In this document: positions 37,798 to 48,321 of the stretch, piece by piece
Layout of the letters: each line of letters opens with the position of its first letter
Numbering within the stretch: position 1 is the stretch's first letter
NCBI GenBank assembly: GCA_016712355.1
Contig: JADJRF010000005.1
Location: forward strand, 2,449,562 to 2,513,561
Direction of reading: 5' to 3'
DNA: 64,000 bases
Origin: Vampirovibrionales bacterium
Lineage (GTDB): Bacteria > Cyanobacteriota > Vampirovibrionia > Vampirovibrionales > Vampirovibrionaceae
Position numbers and translations under genes: made by a program
The notes under the pieces: model-generated
What the model was told of the DNA's origin: nothing
The model's database searches: none
Seen by the model: only the letters and a program-made list of their open reading frames with translations

Positions 37798-40500
37798 ATG
37801 CCCACTCCTCCCGCGCTGGGCGGCGCTGAGATTCGCCGCAAGTTTCTGGATTTCTTCTGCGACAAATACGGGCATCGACGCGCCGCCAGCGCCAGCCTGA
37901 CGCCTTCCAACCCCACGGTGCTGCTAACGCCGGCGGGCATGTTGCCGTTTGTGCCCATTTTTCTGGGGATTGAGCCGCCGCCTGCGCCGCCGCGCGCCGC
38001 CTCGTCCCAAAAATGCGCCCGCGTCAGCGGCAAAGCCAGCGATCTGGAAAACGTCGGTCGCACGCCGCATCATCATACGTTTTTCGAAATGCTGGGCAAC
38101 TTCAGCTTCGGCGATTACTTCAAAGCGCAGGCGATTCCATGGGCGTGGGAATTCATTACCCAGGAGCTCGGCCTCTCGCCGCATCATTTATGGGTGTCGG
38201 TTCTCAAAACAGAGCGTCAATTCGATGAAGAAGCCTTCACGATTTGGCGCGATCAGGTCGGCGTCCCCGAAAGCCGGATTTTATTTCTGGGCGAAAAAGA
38301 CAATTTCTGGGGTCCGCCCGGCCCGACGGGTCCGTGCGGCCCGTGTTCTGAGATTCATTACGACCGTCACCCGGACGGCCCCAGCCCCAAGGACGATCTC
38401 GCCTTGCTGGATACGGATCGCTTTACGGAGATCTGGAATCTGGTGTTTATGGAGCTGTTTCAGGACGCGGCCGGGACGCGGACGCCGCTTGAAAAGAAAA
38501 ATATCGATACAGGAATGGGCCTTGAGCGCATTACCATGGTCTGCCAAGGCGTCGCCAACACGTTTGAAACCGATCTACTGCGTCCTCTCGTCGAACGGGC
38601 TGCGCAGGAGACGGGCGCAACCCTCGGAGCCGATCCGGAAACAGACGTTGCGCTGCGAATCATTGCCGATCATGCGCGCTTTACGGCGTTTGCGCTCGCT
38701 GACGGCATCACGCCCAGCAACGAAGGGCGGGGGTACGTCGCGCGGATGATTCTACGGCGAGCCATGCGCTTCGCCCGCCAGCGTCTGGGCGCGCAGGAAC
38801 CGGTCATCTGGCGCGTGATTTCTGCCGTGGCGTCGCTTTACGGCGAAACCTATCCCGAATTAAAGAAGCCGGGCCTGGCGCAGCAGGTTCAGGAAGAGGA
38901 AAAGCGCTTTCTCGCGACGCTGGATCGCGGCGCAGCCTTTCTGGATGAGATTATCGCCCGTCTCCCACGGCCAAAAGCGGGCGAACAGCTCTTGATTCCC
39001 GGGGAAAGCGTGTTTAAGCTCTATGATACCTATGGCTTCCCCAAGGAACTGACCGCCGATATCGCCGCTGAAAAAGGATTCGGCATCGACGAGGCGGGAT
39101 TTGACGCCGCCATGGACGCCCAGCGAGACGCCGCCCGCAAGGCCCGCAAAGGCGAAGCGATTGTGGCCGATCAGTTATTCGCCACCCTGCTGGACGCCAT
39201 CGGCCCGACGCGTTTTGTCGGGTATGAGACGCTTTCTGCGCCTGCCATCGTCAAAGCGCTAATCGTCGACGGCCAGTCGGTCGACTCTGTCGGCGGGGTC
39301 AACCAGCCTTTCTCTTTGATTCTGGATCAGACGCCGTTTTATGCGGAATCTGGCGGTCAGGTCGGCGATCACGGCACGCTGTCGCGCGAAGAAGGCCCGC
39401 ACGGGCTCACGGTGGTCGTGCGCGACACCGTAAAAGTGGGCGAACTCATCGTCCATCACTGCCTGTTTGATAACGGCGACGTCCTGCGCGTGGGCGAGCC
39501 CGTCAGCGCCCAGGTCGAGCCTGATGCGCGCCAGCAGACGGCGATTCATCACACGGCGACGCATTTGCTCAACGCTGCGTTACGCCAGGTGCTTGGCGAG
39601 GGCGTCTCTCAGGCCGGGTCGCGCGTGGCCCCCGATGGGGCCCGTTTTGACTTTACCTTCTCGCGCGGTCTCACGTCAGACGAGCTGAACCGCACCGAAT
39701 CGCTGATGAACTTCTGGATTCGCGAGAATATTCCGCGCGCCATTGACGTGATGGACGTGGCGGCTGCCAAAGCCTCGGGGGCCGTGGCCGCCTTTGACGA
39801 GAAATACGGCGACACGGTGCGCGTGCTGAGCTATGGCCCGCGCAGTCGCGAGCTGTGCGGCGGCACCCACGTTTCGGCGCTGGGCGAAATCGCGCTGGTA
39901 AAGATTCTGTCGGAAGGCGCCATCGCCGCGGGCGTTCGCCGAATTGAGCTGGCGGCGGGCGAAACGGCCTATAAAGCCTTCAAGCTGACCGAAAGCGCAC
40001 TACTGAAAACGGCGGAACTTCTCAAATCGCCGCCGCAGGAAGCGCCTCAGCGCGTCGAACGCTTGCAGGAAAGCGTCAAAACGCTTGAAAAACGACTCAA
40101 AACCTTTGAGGCCGCTCAAGCCGAACAGTTCGCGGAAACGCTGGCGAGAGAAGTCGAAGCCGCTCCCCCGCGCCTGTTTCGCTTTGTCGGCGACCTCGAC
40201 GCCGATGGCTTGCGCCTGCTGGCGGAACGCTTGTTGACGCATCACGGCTCGTTGTTTGCGCTGCTGGCCAGCGCCTGGGACGGTCGCGCGCAATTTGTCT
40301 GCGTCGCGTCAGAAGACTACGTCCAAAAAGGATTCAAGGCGGGCGACTGGGTAAAAAAAGCAGCCGCCATGGCAGAAGGCGGCGGCGGCGGCAAGCCGGG
40401 CTTCGCGCAGGCGGGCGGCAAGCGCGCCGATCTGGCAGAATCTGCCGTTGCGGCCATTCGCACGGCGTTTCTAAAGGCCTGGGAAGAAGGCGGCGCTTAA
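37798..40500 (+). CDS. alaS: Alanine--tRNA ligase
   Basis: Class II aaRS motifs (FFEMLGNFSFGDYFK), editing-domain HxxxH...CGGTHV, and C-terminal DHHA1-like GGGGG. ATG at 37798 chosen (MPTPPALGGAEIRRKFLDFF). Confidence 0.95.
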   Translation: MPTPPALGGAEIRRKFLDFFCDKYGHRRAASASLTPSNPTVLLTPAGMLPFVPIFLGIEPPPAPPRAASSQKCARVSGKASDLENVGRTPHHHTFFEMLGNFSFGDYFKAQAIPWAWEFITQELGLSPHHLWVSVLKTERQFDEEAFTIWRDQVGVPESRILFLGEKDNFWGPPGPTGPCGPCSEIHYDRHPDGPSPKDDLALLDTDRFTEIWNLVFMELFQDAAGTRTPLEKKNIDTGMGLERITMVCQGVANTFETDLLRPLVERAAQETGATLGADPETDVALRIIADHARFTAFALADGITPSNEGRGYVARMILRRAMRFARQRLGAQEPVIWRVISAVASLYGETYPELKKPGLAQQVQEEEKRFLATLDRGAAFLDEIIARLPRPKAGEQLLIPGESVFKLYDTYGFPKELTADIAAEKGFGIDEAGFDAAMDAQRDAARKARKGEAIVADQLFATLLDAIGPTRFVGYETLSAPAIVKALIVDGQSVDSVGGVNQPFSLILDQTPFYAESGGQVGDHGTLSREEGPHGLTVVVRDTVKVGELIVHHCLFDNGDVLRVGEPVSAQVEPDARQQTAIHHTATHLLNAALRQVLGEGVSQAGSRVAPDGARFDFTFSRGLTSDELNRTESLMNFWIRENIPRAIDVMDVAAAKASGAVAAFDEKYGDTVRVLSYGPRSRELCGGTHVSALGEIALVKILSEGAIAAGVRRIELAAGETAYKAFKLTESALLKTAELLKSPPQEAPQRVERLQESVKTLEKRLKTFEAAQAEQFAETLAREVEAAPPRLFRFVGDLDADGLRLLAERLLTHHGSLFALLASAWDGRAQFVCVASEDYVQKGFKAGDWVKKAAAMAEGGGGGKPGFAQAGGKRADLAESAVAAIRTAFLKAWEEGGA

Positions 40501-40503
40501 GCC

Positions 40504-41379
40504 ATGTCGTTTCAGGCCACGGGCGCCCTCGCCTTACTGTTGCTTGCGCCGCTGATTGCCGGCGGGTTTCTGTGGTTTGAGCGCGGCGCGCTGTATCACC
40601 CGGAAATGGCCGAGGAGCGCGACCCGTGGAAGGCGCTGGCGGGGATTGCCATCCGCGATCGCCTGCGTGAGGTTGAGTTTGAGACCGCCGACGGCAAGCG
40701 GATTCATGCCGTGTATTTACCGGCGCCGTCGGCATCGGCGTATACCATGGTGTTTGCGCATGGCAATGCGGGGAATCTGGCCAATCGCTGGGCTGTTTTG
40801 CAAGCCTGCCTAGAGGAAGGCTACGGCATTCTGGCATTTGACTATCGCGGGTACGGGAAAAGCCAGGGCAAGCCGTCTGAGAAAGGTCTCTACCGCGATA
40901 TGGAAGCGGCAAGCCGTTATCTGGCCGCCCACAATACGCCGATCGAACGGCAAATCGCGCTGGGCGAGTCGCTGGGAACCGGCGTTGCGGTTGATGTCGC
41001 AACGCGCCTGCCGTATCGGGCAGTAGCGCTGTATTCGGCGTATACGTCGATTCCGGCGGTCGTGGCGCATCTACGCCAGACGGGACAATTGGGCCTTCTG
41101 GGGCGGTTGCCGGTTGATCGCATCATCACGCAACGTTTCGATTCGCTCTCCAAAATTCCCCGCGTGACCTGCCCGCTCTTACTGATGCAGGGCGAGCGCG
41201 ATGCCATGATGCCGCTTGCCATGCCCCAAGCGCTATACGACCACGCGGGCGCGCCGTATAAAACGACGCTGGTGATTCCCGGCGCCGGTCACAACGAGGC
41301 GTTTACCGCAGGGCGTCGCGCGTTTTTTGACGCGCTGGCGGCTTTGCTGAAGGCATCAGAGAAGCAGTCAGCCCAGTAG
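40504..41379 (+). CDS. Alpha/beta hydrolase-fold protein
   Basis: Nucleophile elbow GESLG (ALGESLGTGVAV), HGNAGN oxyanion region, and Asp/His in the C-terminal third. Confidence 0.65.
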   Translation: MSFQATGALALLLLAPLIAGGFLWFERGALYHPEMAEERDPWKALAGIAIRDRLREVEFETADGKRIHAVYLPAPSASAYTMVFAHGNAGNLANRWAVLQACLEEGYGILAFDYRGYGKSQGKPSEKGLYRDMEAASRYLAAHNTPIERQIALGESLGTGVAVDVATRLPYRAVALYSAYTSIPAVVAHLRQTGQLGLLGRLPVDRIITQRFDSLSKIPRVTCPLLLMQGERDAMMPLAMPQALYDHAGAPYKTTLVIPGAGHNEAFTAGRRAFFDALAALLKASEKQSAQ

Positions 41380-41396
41380 CGCCCAGCGCCTCGCGC

Positions 41397-41894
41397 CTAG
41401 CGATAATTGGTAAACTGGAGCGGCACGTTCCATTCTTCGCCCTTGGGCCGCAAGAAGGCGATGACCTGCTGCAAGTCGTCTTTGTCTTTGCCGCTGACGC
41501 GGACCTGATCGCCCTGAATGCTGGCCTGAACCTTGAGCTTGGCGCTCTTGATCTCAGCGACGATTTTTTTGGCGAGATCGGTTTCGATGCCCCGACGCAG
41601 CTTGACATGCTCGCGAACGCGCCCGCCGAGCGACTCTTCCACCTTGCCGCGTTCGAGGATCAGGGGACTGAGGCCGCGCTTGGTCACCTTAATCGCCAGA
41701 ATCTCGAAGATACTATTGAGGGAATATTCGTCAGTCGTGTTAATGGCAATGCTGTCTTTTTCAAGCGTAACCGTGCTGTTGGAATCCTTCAGATCGTAGC
41801 GGGCGGTCAGGTCGCGACAGGTTTGATCCACGGCGTTGACCAGCTCTTGCTGATCGAATTCGGAAACCACGTCAAAACTGCAATCTTTCGCCAT
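41397..41894 (-). CDS. yajQ: YajQ-family (UPF0234) nucleotide/c-di-GMP-binding protein
   Basis: MAKDCSFDVVSEFDQQELVNAVDQ N-terminus, typical of YajQ; 165 aa. Confidence 0.85.
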   Translation of the reverse strand: MAKDCSFDVVSEFDQQELVNAVDQTCRDLTARYDLKDSNSTVTLEKDSIAINTTDEYSLNSIFEILAIKVTKRGLSPLILERGKVEESLGGRVREHVKLRRGIETDLAKKIVAEIKSAKLKVQASIQGDQVRVSGKDKDDLQQVIAFLRPKGEEWNVPLQFTNYR

Positions 41895-42104
41895 CGCGAC
41901 AATCCTCCCGTTTATTTTATGATGGTATGCGGTGCGGCATGATATCGAAAATGGTACCGAAAAACGGTAACGGAAAAAATGCGTCCTGTACAGACTTAAC
42001 GACGCTTTCAGCGATTTTGCCGCCTTCGGACGCTGATTTTTCAGATTTTTCTCTTTTATATTTTTTAGATTTTCCCTGCTTCAGAATGGCCTCGTCCCGC
42101 CAGA

Positions 42105-42458
42105 TTGCGCTTCGATATGGAATACGCCCTGCAATTGCTCATCCCCGTTGGTCTGGGGCTTTGGCTGGGCATGTGGCTGCACGACCAGTTCGGAGCATCG
42201 TCTCTGTGGTCGGTCGTTCTGGCGGCGCTGGGCATGGCGGCGGGCATCGGCATCCTGTACAAGCGCTCCGCGATGCTCTATCCGCGTCGCGACCCGAAAA
42301 CCATTATTCGCCGCGCGCAAGACGATGATGACTCAGACGATGACGGGTCAGACGATGCAGAGTCAGACAACAGAAATCCGGGTGAGAAAAAACATTCAGA
42401 GCAACGCGCGCGCGACCTCTGGCGAGATCTGTACGACGAAAACGAGTCCCCCAAATGA
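42105..42458 (+). CDS. AtpZ/AtpR-like small membrane protein preceding the ATP synthase operon, with an acidic D/E-rich tail
   Basis: Two TM helices (LLIPVGLGLWLGMWL, VVLAALGMAAGIGILY) as in PF09527-type proteins, at the operon-leading position. The D/S-rich C-terminal tail is unusual. Confidence 0.45.
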   Translation: MRFDMEYALQLLIPVGLGLWLGMWLHDQFGASSLWSVVLAALGMAAGIGILYKRSAMLYPRRDPKTIIRRAQDDDDSDDDGSDDAESDNRNPGEKKHSEQRARDLWRDLYDENESPK

Positions 42459-42850
42459 CCCCTCCTGACCCAGTCATTCAAAACCCCTTTCCTCAGCGCG
42501 CCATGTGGGTGGGCTGGGCCCTCTGGAGCGCGCTGTTACTGGCAGGAGTCGCCCTGCTGGCGCCCACTCTGCTGCGCTCGGCCTGTATTGGCATCGTTCT
42601 GGGGGGCGCGTATCAGTTCAGCCTGTTCTGGAACGCGCGACATCCGCGCGCCGTTCAGGGCCAGCTCACCTTCTCGGCGCTGCGCGTGATCACCTTCGCT
42701 CTGATGATTGCGGCAGCTTCGCACAGCATCGGGGTGAATCTGGCGATTGTCATTTTCGGTTTTTTAAGTTACAAAGGGGGCGTCGCGGCCATTGGCGCGG
42801 TTCAGCTTTGGAAAGCGCGCCGCCTGAAAGCCTCGCGACCCGCCGGATAG
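42455..42850 (+). CDS. atpI: ATP synthase protein I
   Basis: 4-TM small protein immediately upstream of atpB with coupled start; family call by position and topology. Confidence 0.55.
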   Translation: MTPPDPVIQNPFPQRAMWVGWALWSALLLAGVALLAPTLLRSACIGIVLGGAYQFSLFWNARHPRAVQGQLTFSALRVITFALMIAAASHSIGVNLAIVIFGFLSYKGGVAAIGAVQLWKARRLKASRPAG

Positions 42851-42931
42851 CAAGAAAAAGCCCGCAACCGGGCCTGTCGCCGCTGCTGACGTCGTCTCGT
42901 ATCGCGCTTTAGAGAGATCCCGTCCCCGCGT

Positions 42932-43696
42932 ATGAATCATTTCTGGAACATCACCCTGTTCAACGGCTTTACCGTTCACCTCAACACGCTGATTATGACG
43001 TGGGCGGCGATGGGCCTACTGCTGGCGCTGGCTTGGCTCGCCACGCGCGAATTGCGCGTTTCGCCCTCTTTGCGCCAAACCGTGGGCGAAGGGTTTTATG
43101 ATTTCTGCCGCAGCATCACGATGGCCACCGCCGGACCGCGCGGCGACGGCTACCTGTTTTTTATCGGCTCGCTGTTTCTGTTCATCCTCACCGCGAACCT
43201 CATGGGCCAACTGCCCCTGCGCCTGGCGGATCCGCTGCTGCCCCATGGCAGCCTGATTGCGGCTACCGGCGATATCAACACGACCACGGCGCTCGCGCTG
43301 CTGTCGCTGGCAATGTATATAGGCGTCGCCATCAAGCGGACAGGCCTGAAGGGCTTTATCAAGCATCATTTCCAGCCGCACTGGGCGTTTTTTCCGCTGA
43401 ATCTGCTGGAACATATTACGCGGCCCGGTTCGCTGCTAATCCGGTTGTACTTCAATATCCTGGTCGGCGAGATTCTCTCGCATCTGGCCCTGACAATCGC
43501 CCCGCTGATGGTCCCTGCCGCCGTCATTGGGCTGGAACTGTTTGTCGCCGTGGTGCAGGCGTATATTTTCGCCATTCTCAGCGCGGTGTATATCGCCTTG
43601 ATGAGCGAAACGCATGACGATCACGCGCATTCAGAACCACACGCTGCCCAGACGCCCGCTGCGCTGAGCGAAACGCCATCCGTCCGCGCCGCCTGA
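42932..43696 (+). CDS. atpB: F0F1 ATP synthase subunit a
   Basis: Conserved Arg region LIRLYFNILVGEIL (LRLFGNILAGE-like) and 5 TM. Confidence 0.9.
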   Translation: MNHFWNITLFNGFTVHLNTLIMTWAAMGLLLALAWLATRELRVSPSLRQTVGEGFYDFCRSITMATAGPRGDGYLFFIGSLFLFILTANLMGQLPLRLADPLLPHGSLIAATGDINTTTALALLSLAMYIGVAIKRTGLKGFIKHHFQPHWAFFPLNLLEHITRPGSLLIRLYFNILVGEILSHLALTIAPLMVPAAVIGLELFVAVVQAYIFAILSAVYIALMSETHDDHAHSEPHAAQTPAALSETPSVRAA

Positions 43697-43752
43697 GGCG
43701 CAGGTCCCCGTATATCCCCGTTCCCATTTAGAGACAGGAGATTCACCCGATT

Positions 43753-44013
43753 ATGGAATCGATCGCGCAACCCGATATGCTTAAAGCCTTTGCCATGCTG
43801 GGCGTTCCCTTTGCCGTCGGACTGGCGGGCATTGGCCCGGGCATCGGCATCGGCATCATGACCGGCCATTACTTTGACAGCGTCGCGCGGCAGCCGGAAG
43901 TTCAAGGCAATATCACGCCCCAGTACTTTATTACGCTGGGCGTCGTGGAACTGCTGGGCCTTTTCGGCTTTGTGTCGTTCTTCCTCGTCTTCAGCAAGTA
44001 CGTCGGATTTTAG
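43753..44013 (+). CDS. atpE: F0F1 ATP synthase subunit c
   Basis: GIGPGIGIGIMTG glycine zipper and proton-binding hairpin. Confidence 0.9.
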   Translation: MESIAQPDMLKAFAMLGVPFAVGLAGIGPGIGIGIMTGHYFDSVARQPEVQGNITPQYFITLGVVELLGLFGFVSFFLVFSKYVGF

Positions 44014-44028
44014 GACGCGCTTGCGACC

Positions 44029-44469
44029 ATGCAGTTCGACGGCACCCTGATTCTGGTTTTGCTGAGCTTTGTCGGCTTTATGCTGGCGATGCGGACGATT
44101 TATTTCGAGCCCATTCGCCGTATCAAAGCTGAACGCGAGGCGCTCTTGCGCCACGAGCAGCAGGAGGCAGCTGCGTTTGCCGCTCAGTGCGAACGTTTGC
44201 AAGCGGAACTTGAAGCCCGCCTGCGTCAGGCGCGTCAGGAGGCGCAGCAGCGCATTCAGGCCAAGCGCCAATCGGCCAAGGACAGCGCCCGGGGCATGAT
44301 GGCCTCGGCGCGCGAATCCGCTCGCCAGACGCTTGACGCCCAGCTTGAAGAATTATCACGCTGGCAAGCCCAAACGTACGAGGAGCTGGGCGTAGAACGT
44401 CGTCATCTGGCGACGTTGGCGCTGGAGCGTATTACCCGCCGACCGGCGGTTGCGGCGGCTTCTTCGTAA
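44029..44469 (+). CDS. atpF2: F0F1 ATP synthase subunit b' (cyanobacterial/chloroplast-type second b subunit)
   Basis: Single N-terminal TM plus long A/E/Q/R-rich helix, located between atpE and atpF. Confidence 0.7.
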   Translation: MQFDGTLILVLLSFVGFMLAMRTIYFEPIRRIKAEREALLRHEQQEAAAFAAQCERLQAELEARLRQARQEAQQRIQAKRQSAKDSARGMMASARESARQTLDAQLEELSRWQAQTYEELGVERRHLATLALERITRRPAVAAASS

Positions 44470-44502
44470 CGTCGACCGCCCCGCTTTTCTCTGGAGCCCT
44501 TC

Positions 44503-45087
44503 ATGTCGTTTCCTTCCCTGTTTCCCTTTCACCCCGTTCTGCTGACGGCGAGCGCCTCCGCAGAAGGCGATGGCTCGCTGCTGTCATGGCTGTTGTCCAG
44601 CAACGTCTTTAATATTGCGCTGGTCGCCGTTTTATTGGGCTTTTTGATCAAGCGGCTGAACCTTTTTAAGGGGTTCGCAGACAAGCAGCGGGCGGTTGCG
44701 CAAGAGATTGAATCGGCTCAACGCCGAAAACAGGAAGCGCTCAGCGCGCTGGAGCAGATTCAGGGCCGGATGCAGACGATTCAGGGCGACATTGACGCTA
44801 TTCTGTCGCAGGCGCAATCGGCGGCCGAAACCCTTTCAACCCAAATGCTGACGGATGCGCAGGCGGAAGCGCAGAAGATCGTCGACGCGGCGCGCGCGCG
44901 CATTGAAGTTGAACAGAAAACCGCTGCCAAAATGCTGGAAACCCGTCTGCTGAAAGAAGCGCTCAGCGATACGCGCCAGGAACTCAAGCGTTTACCGCAA
45001 GATGCGCAGCAACGCGCAATTGATGACTTTATCGACGCGCTGCCCACAGCGCGCGCGCAAGGCCAGCTCGAACAGGAGGCCCGCTGA
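44503..45087 (+). CDS. atpF: F0F1 ATP synthase subunit b
   Basis: N-terminal TM (NIALVAVLLGFLIKRL) plus an extended charged coiled-coil helix. Confidence 0.75.
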   Translation: MSFPSLFPFHPVLLTASASAEGDGSLLSWLLSSNVFNIALVAVLLGFLIKRLNLFKGFADKQRAVAQEIESAQRRKQEALSALEQIQGRMQTIQGDIDAILSQAQSAAETLSTQMLTDAQAEAQKIVDAARARIEVEQKTAAKMLETRLLKEALSDTRQELKRLPQDAQQRAIDDFIDALPTARAQGQLEQEAR

Positions 45088-45647
45088 TGACGGTTCTGGC
45101 TGACGATCTGGCGCTCGCCCAGCGATACGCCCGGCCCCTATTTGATCAGGCGAAGCAGAGCGAGGCTCCTGACGCCACGCTGGATCAGACGCTGGCGGAT
45201 TTACGCCTGCTCAGCGAGCTGGGAACCCAATTGCCAGAACTCGCCGCCTTCCTGTCGCATCCTACGACGGCGATTGAACGCAAGCGCGCGTTGATGGAAG
45301 CGGACGTGGCGCCGCATCTGTCGCCTTTAGGCGCGAATCTGGCCCGCCTGTTGCTTGAAAACGGTCGGATGGCGCTATTGCCCGCCATTAAGCAGGCGCT
45401 TTCGGACCTCATCGCCCAAGCGCGTCGTGAAGGCGAAGCCTGGGTCACAACCGCCGTTGCGCTCAGTGACGCGCAACGCGAGCGGCTGGCGGAGGCGGTC
45501 TGTCGCCGCTGGGGATTCCAGCGCGCGATTCTCCACGAACGTCTGGATCCGGCCCTGTTAGGCGGCGTGGTCGTTCGCGTAGGCGACTCAGTGGTCGACG
45601 GCAGCTTTGAAGAGCGCCTCATGCAACTGGAGAAAGCCTCTGGTTAA
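45087..45647 (+). CDS. atpH: F0F1 ATP synthase subunit delta (OSCP)
   Basis: OSCP-family length and position between b and alpha; start coupled to the atpF stop. Confidence 0.8.
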   Translation: MTVLADDLALAQRYARPLFDQAKQSEAPDATLDQTLADLRLLSELGTQLPELAAFLSHPTTAIERKRALMEADVAPHLSPLGANLARLLLENGRMALLPAIKQALSDLIAQARREGEAWVTTAVALSDAQRERLAEAVCRRWGFQRAILHERLDPALLGGVVVRVGDSVVDGSFEERLMQLEKASG

Positions 45648-45756
45648 CCCGACTTCTCTCTCATCGCTCTCCCGGTTATGATTTTTCCGTTTTTTGATGA
45701 TTCTTCCGGTATTTCCCCTCGTATTTCCCTTCGGCAAATAAAAGGAATCCCCACCG

Positions 45757-47283
45757 ATGGCCACCTTGCGCGCAGATGAAATCAGTTCCATTCTCAAAGC
45801 CAAACTGGCCGGGTTTGAAAGCGAACTGTCGGTCAGCAACGTCGGCAGCGTAATGGAAGTCGGCGACGGGATCGTCCGCATCCACGGCCTGCGCGGCGCG
45901 ATGGCAGGCGAACTGATTGCCTTCGAGGACGGCCATCAGACGATGGGCATGGTGCTGAACCTCGAAGAAAACAACGTCGGCGCCGTTGTATTAGGCGAAT
46001 TCACCCACGTGCAGGAAGGTCAGCTCGTTCGCGCCACCGGCCGGATCGCATCAACGCCCGTCGGCGACGCCTTAATGGGCCGCGTCCTTGACCCGCTTGG
46101 CCGTCCGCTCGACAACAAAGGGCCGATCGAAGCGCAGGGTTATGCGCCCATCGAGCAAAAAGCGCCCGGCATTATCGCCCGCAAGTCGGTGCATCAGCCG
46201 CTGCAAACCGGCATTACCGCCATTGATTCGATGACGCCCATCGGTCGCGGCCAGCGCGAGCTGATTATCGGCGATCGCCAGACGGGTAAAACCGCCATTG
46301 CCCTGGATACCATCCTGAACCAGAAGGGACAGGACGTCATCTGCATTTATTGCGCTATTGGGCAAAAATCCAGCTCGGTCGCGCAAACCGTCAAAACGCT
46401 TGAAGATTACGGCGCGATGGCGTATACGATTATCGTCGCGGCCAGCGCGATTGATCCGGCGCCGCTGCAGTATCTGGCGCCGTTTTCCGCCGTTGCGATG
46501 GGCGAGCATTTTATGCGTCAGGGCAAGCACGTGCTGTGCGTGTACGACGATTTAACCAAGCACGCATGGGCCTATCGCGCCACCAGCCTGCTGCTGCGGC
46601 GTCCGCCGGGCCGCGAAGCCTATCCGGGCGACGTGTTTTATCTGCACTCACGCTTGCTGGAGCGCGCCGCCAAGCTCAGTGACGAGTTAGGCGCTGGCAG
46701 CCTTACGGCGCTTCCGATTATTGAGACGCAGGCGGGCGACGTGTCGGCGTATATTCCCACCAACGTGATTTCCATCACCGACGGCCAGATCTTTCTGGAA
46801 ACCGATCTGTTTAATGCGGGCGTGCGCCCGGCAATTAACGTCGGGATTTCGGTATCGCGGGTCGGCGGCGCCGCGCAGACCAAGGCCATTAAATCGGTTG
46901 CCGGCAAGCTCCGGCTGGATTTGGCCCAATATCGCGAACTGGAAGCCTTCGCGCAATTCGCCAGCGATCTGGATAAGGCCACGCAACAACAATTGCGGCG
47001 CGGCTCCAAGCTGGTTGAAATCCTGAAACAGCCACAATATTCGCCATTGTCGGTCGCCCTGCAGTACACGCTGCTGTTTGCCGGCAATCAGGGCGTGCTG
47101 GACGAGCTGGACAAAGCCCAGATTGCGCAATTCAAGGAGCAATGGGGGCTGTATTTCTCAGCGAATCTGGCGTCACTGGAAGCCTCGCTGAACAAAGGCG
47201 AAAAACCGGACGCCGAAGGCGAGAAGCAACTGCTGGCGGAATTAGTCAAATTCAGAGACAGCGCCTTTACGCCGGGAGCCTAA
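45757..47283 (+). CDS. atpA: F0F1 ATP synthase subunit alpha
   Basis: P-loop GDRQTGKT, and ...[22 protein letters not shown]; 508 aa. Confidence 0.95.
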   Translation: MATLRADEISSILKAKLAGFESELSVSNVGSVMEVGDGIVRIHGLRGAMAGELIAFEDGHQTMGMVLNLEENNVGAVVLGEFTHVQEGQLVRATGRIASTPVGDALMGRVLDPLGRPLDNKGPIEAQGYAPIEQKAPGIIARKSVHQPLQTGITAIDSMTPIGRGQRELIIGDRQTGKTAIALDTILNQKGQDVICIYCAIGQKSSSVAQTVKTLEDYGAMAYTIIVAASAIDPAPLQYLAPFSAVAMGEHFMRQGKHVLCVYDDLTKHAWAYRATSLLLRRPPGREAYPGDVFYLHSRLLERAAKLSDELGAGSLTALPIIETQAGDVSAYIPTNVISITDGQIFLETDLFNAGVRPAINVGISVSRVGGAAQTKAIKSVAGKLRLDLAQYRELEAFAQFASDLDKATQQQLRRGSKLVEILKQPQYSPLSVALQYTLLFAGNQGVLDELDKAQIAQFKEQWGLYFSANLASLEASLNKGEKPDAEGEKQLLAELVKFRDSAFTPGA

Positions 47284-47288
47284 GCGCA

Positions 47289-48236
47289 ATGCCAAACCTC
47301 AAGGATATCCGCCGACGCATTAAAAGCGTCCGCAACACGCAGAAAATCACGCAGGCGATGCGCATGGTAGCGGCGGCCAAGGTCAAACGCGCCGAAGCCC
47401 GCCTGAAAGCTGCACGCCCCTTTGGCGAATATCTCGAAAGCGTCTTCGCCAGCGTGTATCAGGAGGCTTCGCGCAACCGGCGTTCACTGGAAGGCACGCG
47501 GTATCTTGAATTGTTTAATCCACGCCCGCCGCAAAAGGTCGGGGTGGTCGTTATCAGTTCAGATCGCGGCTTATGCGGCGCGTTTAACGCGACGATTATC
47601 CGCCAGGCCTTCAAGTTGGAGCGGTCTATCCGCGAGCGCGGTCTGTCGCCCTCGTTTTATCTGGTCGGACGCAAGGCGGCGACTGCCTTCCAACGCTATA
47701 GCGACGCGCCTGCGCTGGGACGTATGGTGGATATGACGGCCACGCCGTCTTCTCATGACGCCGATGTGATTGCAGAGACCCTCACCCAGGCGTTTTTGAG
47801 CGGCGAAATTGACAGCATCGCCATCCTGTCGACGCACTTTAAGTCTATGATTTCGTATCGGGCGATGATGACCCCGGTCCTCCCGCTTCAAGGCAGCATC
47901 ACGCAGCTTTCGTCTGACATTGCGCTGGATGCGATTGGCGATCGCGTCAACCCGATGTTCTCGCCCGGCAAGGCGCACCCGCAACTCGAACTGGAGCCCA
48001 CGCCTGCCTTGGCGCTGGAGCGGCTCACGCCGCTGTACCTGTCTAATATCCTGTATATTCGGCTGCTGGAATCTGCGGCCAGCGAACTGGCGGCGCGTAT
48101 GACGGCCATGGCGAGCGCTACCAGCAATGCGGCGGATATCATCCAGAAGCTGACGCTGCAATATAACAAGGCGCGGCAAGCGGCCATTACGCAAGAAATT
48201 CTCGAAGTCGTCAGCGGGGCGCAGGCCTTGGCGTAA
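47289..48236 (+). CDS. atpG: F0F1 ATP synthase subunit gamma
   Basis: MPNLKDIRRRIKSVRNTQKITQAMRMVAAAKVKRAE N-terminal helix. The ORF from 47142 overlaps atpA and is trimmed. No atpD/atpC follows, as in cyanobacterial split operons. Confidence 0.9.
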   Translation: MPNLKDIRRRIKSVRNTQKITQAMRMVAAAKVKRAEARLKAARPFGEYLESVFASVYQEASRNRRSLEGTRYLELFNPRPPQKVGVVVISSDRGLCGAFNATIIRQAFKLERSIRERGLSPSFYLVGRKAATAFQRYSDAPALGRMVDMTATPSSHDADVIAETLTQAFLSGEIDSIAILSTHFKSMISYRAMMTPVLPLQGSITQLSSDIALDAIGDRVNPMFSPGKAHPQLELEPTPALALERLTPLYLSNILYIRLLESAASELAARMTAMASATSNAADIIQKLTLQYNKARQAAITQEILEVVSGAQALA

Positions 48237-48321
48237 CGGGCGCTTGAAGCTGACGCGGCGTCGCGCTATTCTGTGAGAAATCCCATTTTCAACACGATTC
48301 ACCGCCCGCGAGGCTTTTGAA

